DNA of 64,000 nucleotides, taken from assembly GCA_038060895.1 (NCBI GenBank), contig JBBTCT010000001.1, positions 160,001 through 224,000 on the forward strand, read 5' to 3'. The first letter of the stretch is position 1, and each line of letters starts with the position of its first letter. This document shows, in pieces, positions 61,821 to 64,000 of the stretch. The position numbers and the translations under genes are program-made. The DNA comes from Planctomycetota bacterium (GTDB taxonomy: Bacteria; Planctomycetota; MHYJ01; WSZJ01). Under the pieces are notes generated by a model. That model was not told the origin of the DNA. It made no database searches and saw nothing but the letters and a program-made list of their open reading frames with translations.

Positions 61821-63665
61821 ATGAAACAGATCGCCTGCCCCGCCTGCTCCGCCAAGTTCGACGTCTCCGCTTACCCCGCCGGGAAAAAGTTCCGCTGCGG
61901 CCGCTGCAAAGAAGTCCTCACCGTCCCCGAGGACGCCCTCGCGGACGAACTCATGGAAGAACCGGAACCGGAGCCCGAACCGGAGCCGGAGCCTTCGGAA
62001 GCGCAGGCCGTTGACGATGCCGGAGAGCCCCAGGACGAACCGGCGGCGGCAGAAGCGGAGCCGGAGCCTGAAGCGGCTCCTCGCCGTTCCCCCCGCGGCG
62101 CGCTGGCGGCACGCACGCGCGGAGCCCGTCCGGGCGCGCGTGCGGCCGCGGCCCCCGCGGAGAACGGGGAAGAATCCAGCGAGCCGCTTCCCCAGAAAAT
62201 GTCGCCGCTTCCCAGGATTCTCGTCGCCGTCCTCGTCCTCGGCCTTCTCGGCGGCGGCGGGTTCTTTGCGTGGAAGAAGTTCGGCGCCGGCAAGGGCGAG
62301 TCGACCGACGGACAGGCCGCCATCGGCGACGAGTACGCGAAGAAGCTGAAGAAGCTGGAGAAGTCCAGCGCGCTCCAGAACCTGCAGCTGGCGTTCTGGT
62401 GCAAGGCGAAAGGGCACGACAAGTACGAGTTCCACCTGCAGGAGGCGGCGAAGCTGTCGCCGAACGACGGGCAGGTGAAGGCGGGGCTTGCGGAGAATTA
62501 CTGGACGCGCTCTTCGGAGAAGCCGCCCGCGAGCGCGGCGGAGTTGCTGGAAGCGGCGGCGGTCGCGAAGGCGGCGGGGCTCGAGGGAGAGAAGCGGCGG
62601 CTGGCGCGGCTGGCGACGGTGGCGGAGCCGGAGAACGCGGCGGCGTGGGACATGCTGGGGTGCGTGAAGTACGAGCCCGAGGGCGCGCCTGCACGGTGGC
62701 TGTCGAAGGCGGAGGCGGCGAAGGCGGCGGCGACGGACGAGGAGCGCAAGGCGGCGAAGGCAAAGATCGAGGGCATGACTCCGCGCGAAAAAAGGATCGC
62801 GGAGATGAAGCAGACGCTCGGATTCGAATTCGGCCCGAACTTCGCGTGCCGCGACGAGAAACCCTTCCTGTTCTGCATGGAGAAGTCGGAGGGATTCAGC
62901 GCGGACCTCGTGATGGACAGCTACATCTCGGAGATGAAGGCGTTCTACCAGCGGTTCTACGACCGGTTCGGGGAGAAATTCGGGCTGGGAGACCTGACCG
63001 AGCAGGTGATGCTGATCTGGATTTTCAAGAGCCGCGAGGCGTACTTCACGTACGGCAACAGCATCGGCATCCCGGCGAACGCGGGCGGCCACTGGGAACC
63101 GGACAAGGAACGGCTGATGATCTTCCACAGCACGGACGCCCGGGCGGACCCGTATGGGACGATCTTTCACGAGACGACGCACATGATCGTGACGTTCGCG
63201 ACGAAGCTGCGCGGCAAGGTGAGCGGCCAGATGTTCTGGTTCACCGAGGGGATCGCGACGTATTTCGAGCCGTTCGAGCGGGACAAGGCGACCGGGAAAA
63301 TCCTGCAGCAGGTGGGGACGATCAACCGCGACCGGCTTCCGGGGCTTCTGAACTGGGTCAAGACGGGCAGGCACCCGAAGCTGAAGGACATGCTGTCGTG
63401 GAGGTACGGCGATTTCGCACAGATGAACCAGGCCCACATCCAGAAGAACGACCTGGCATGGGGCGCGCTCTGCTACGCGCAATCCTGGTCGCTCCTGCAC
63501 TTCTTCTACAACTACGAGGGCGGCAAGTACGCGGCGAAGTTCGAGGCGTACTTCAAGGAAGAGCTGGACGGCAATCCCGGCTTCGCGACGTTCAAGAAGA
63601 TATTCGGCGATGACATCGACGCCCTGGAGAAGGAATGGTTGGAGTACACGAAGTCGCTCAAGTAG
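61821..63665 (+). CDS. Zn-ribbon + TM + DUF1570-like zinc metallopeptidase-domain protein
   Basis: CPAC...CGRC, acidic EP linker, TM helix, FHETTH, WFTEGIATYF, YAQSWS. Confidence 0.85.
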   Translation: MKQIACPACSAKFDVSAYPAGKKFRCGRCKEVLTVPEDALADELMEEPEPEPEPEPEPSEAQAVDDAGEPQDEPAAAEAEPEPEAAPRRSPRGALAARTRGARPGARAAAAPAENGEESSEPLPQKMSPLPRILVAVLVLGLLGGGGFFAWKKFGAGKGESTDGQAAIGDEYAKKLKKLEKSSALQNLQLAFWCKAKGHDKYEFHLQEAAKLSPNDGQVKAGLAENYWTRSSEKPPASAAELLEAAAVAKAAGLEGEKRRLARLATVAEPENAAAWDMLGCVKYEPEGAPARWLSKAEAAKAAATDEERKAAKAKIEGMTPREKRIAEMKQTLGFEFGPNFACRDEKPFLFCMEKSEGFSADLVMDSYISEMKAFYQRFYDRFGEKFGLGDLTEQVMLIWIFKSREAYFTYGNSIGIPANAGGHWEPDKERLMIFHSTDARADPYGTIFHETTHMIVTFATKLRGKVSGQMFWFTEGIATYFEPFERDKATGKILQQVGTINRDRLPGLLNWVKTGRHPKLKDMLSWRYGDFAQMNQAHIQKNDLAWGALCYAQSWSLLHFFYNYEGGKYAAKFEAYFKEELDGNPGFATFKKIFGDDIDALEKEWLEYTKSLK

Positions 63666-64000
63666 CTCCTGAGCGTGCCGCGGCGCTGTCGGCGAAGGCG
63701 CGGCTGCTCCAGGAGACGATCGCGGTGGCGATCGTCGGCAAGTCCATGGCCATCGAGCTTCTGGCCGTGGGGCTCGTGGCCCGGGGGCACGTGCTGATCG
63801 AGGACGTGCCCGGGGTCGGCAAGACGGCGCTCGCGAAGGCGCTGGCGCGCTGCGTCGGGTGCGAGTTCCGCCGCATCCAGTTCACGCCGGACCTGCTTCC
63901 CTCGGACATCACCGGGCTCTCGATGTACGACCCGGCGACGAAGGACTTCCAGTTCCGACCCGGGCCGATCTTCACCCAGATCCTCCTCGCCGACGAAGTC
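63635..64000 (+). CDS. moxR: MoxR-family AAA+ ATPase (truncated by window end; absent from the ORF track)
   Basis: Manual translation: GHVLIEDVPGVGKTALAKALA...RRIQFTPDLLPSDITG...FRPGPIFTQILLADEV. Confidence 0.93.
   Translation, partial: MVGVHEVAQVAPERAAALSAKARLLQETIAVAIVGKSMAIELLAVGLVARGHVLIEDVPGVGKTALAKALARCVGCEFRRIQFTPDLLPSDITGLSMYDPATKDFQFRPGPIFTQILLADEV

Overview
High-GC bacterial chromosomal segment. The gene families (DUF1570-like metallopeptidases, TPR/Zn-ribbon Ser/Thr kinases, secreted thioredoxin-TPR proteins) suggest Planctomycetota, which is an inference. Housekeeping content includes rnc, mfd, folC, trmO, tRNA-Pro(UGG), gmhB, an L,D-transpeptidase and a large aromatic amino acid cluster (trpEGDCFBA-aroH-aroF ... 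tyrA-aroC-ridA, plus aroDE and aroK) headed by a Trp leader-peptide attenuator. A c-di-AMP (ydaO) riboswitch precedes a KimA-type K+ transporter. The main discovery is that three genes the ORF track splits in two are each one reading frame interrupted by a single in-frame TGA at a Cys-equivalent position. Each TGA is followed by a hairpin whose G-starting loop begins 25-27 nt downstream, so these are predicted selenoproteins with bacterial SECIS elements. Two are exported thioredoxin-fold proteins (UNAC, UGPC). The third is unexpected: a His/Cys-rich BNR beta-propeller (GT-U-VHK) encoded directly upstream of a MoaD/ThiS ubiquitin-like protein. Other observations are a decayed vapBC module, a pseudo-cyclase STAND protein, a divergent lower-GC cyclase, apparently leaderless genes and intergenic repeats. 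All family calls come from motif recognition by eye; no database search or RNA folding was run.
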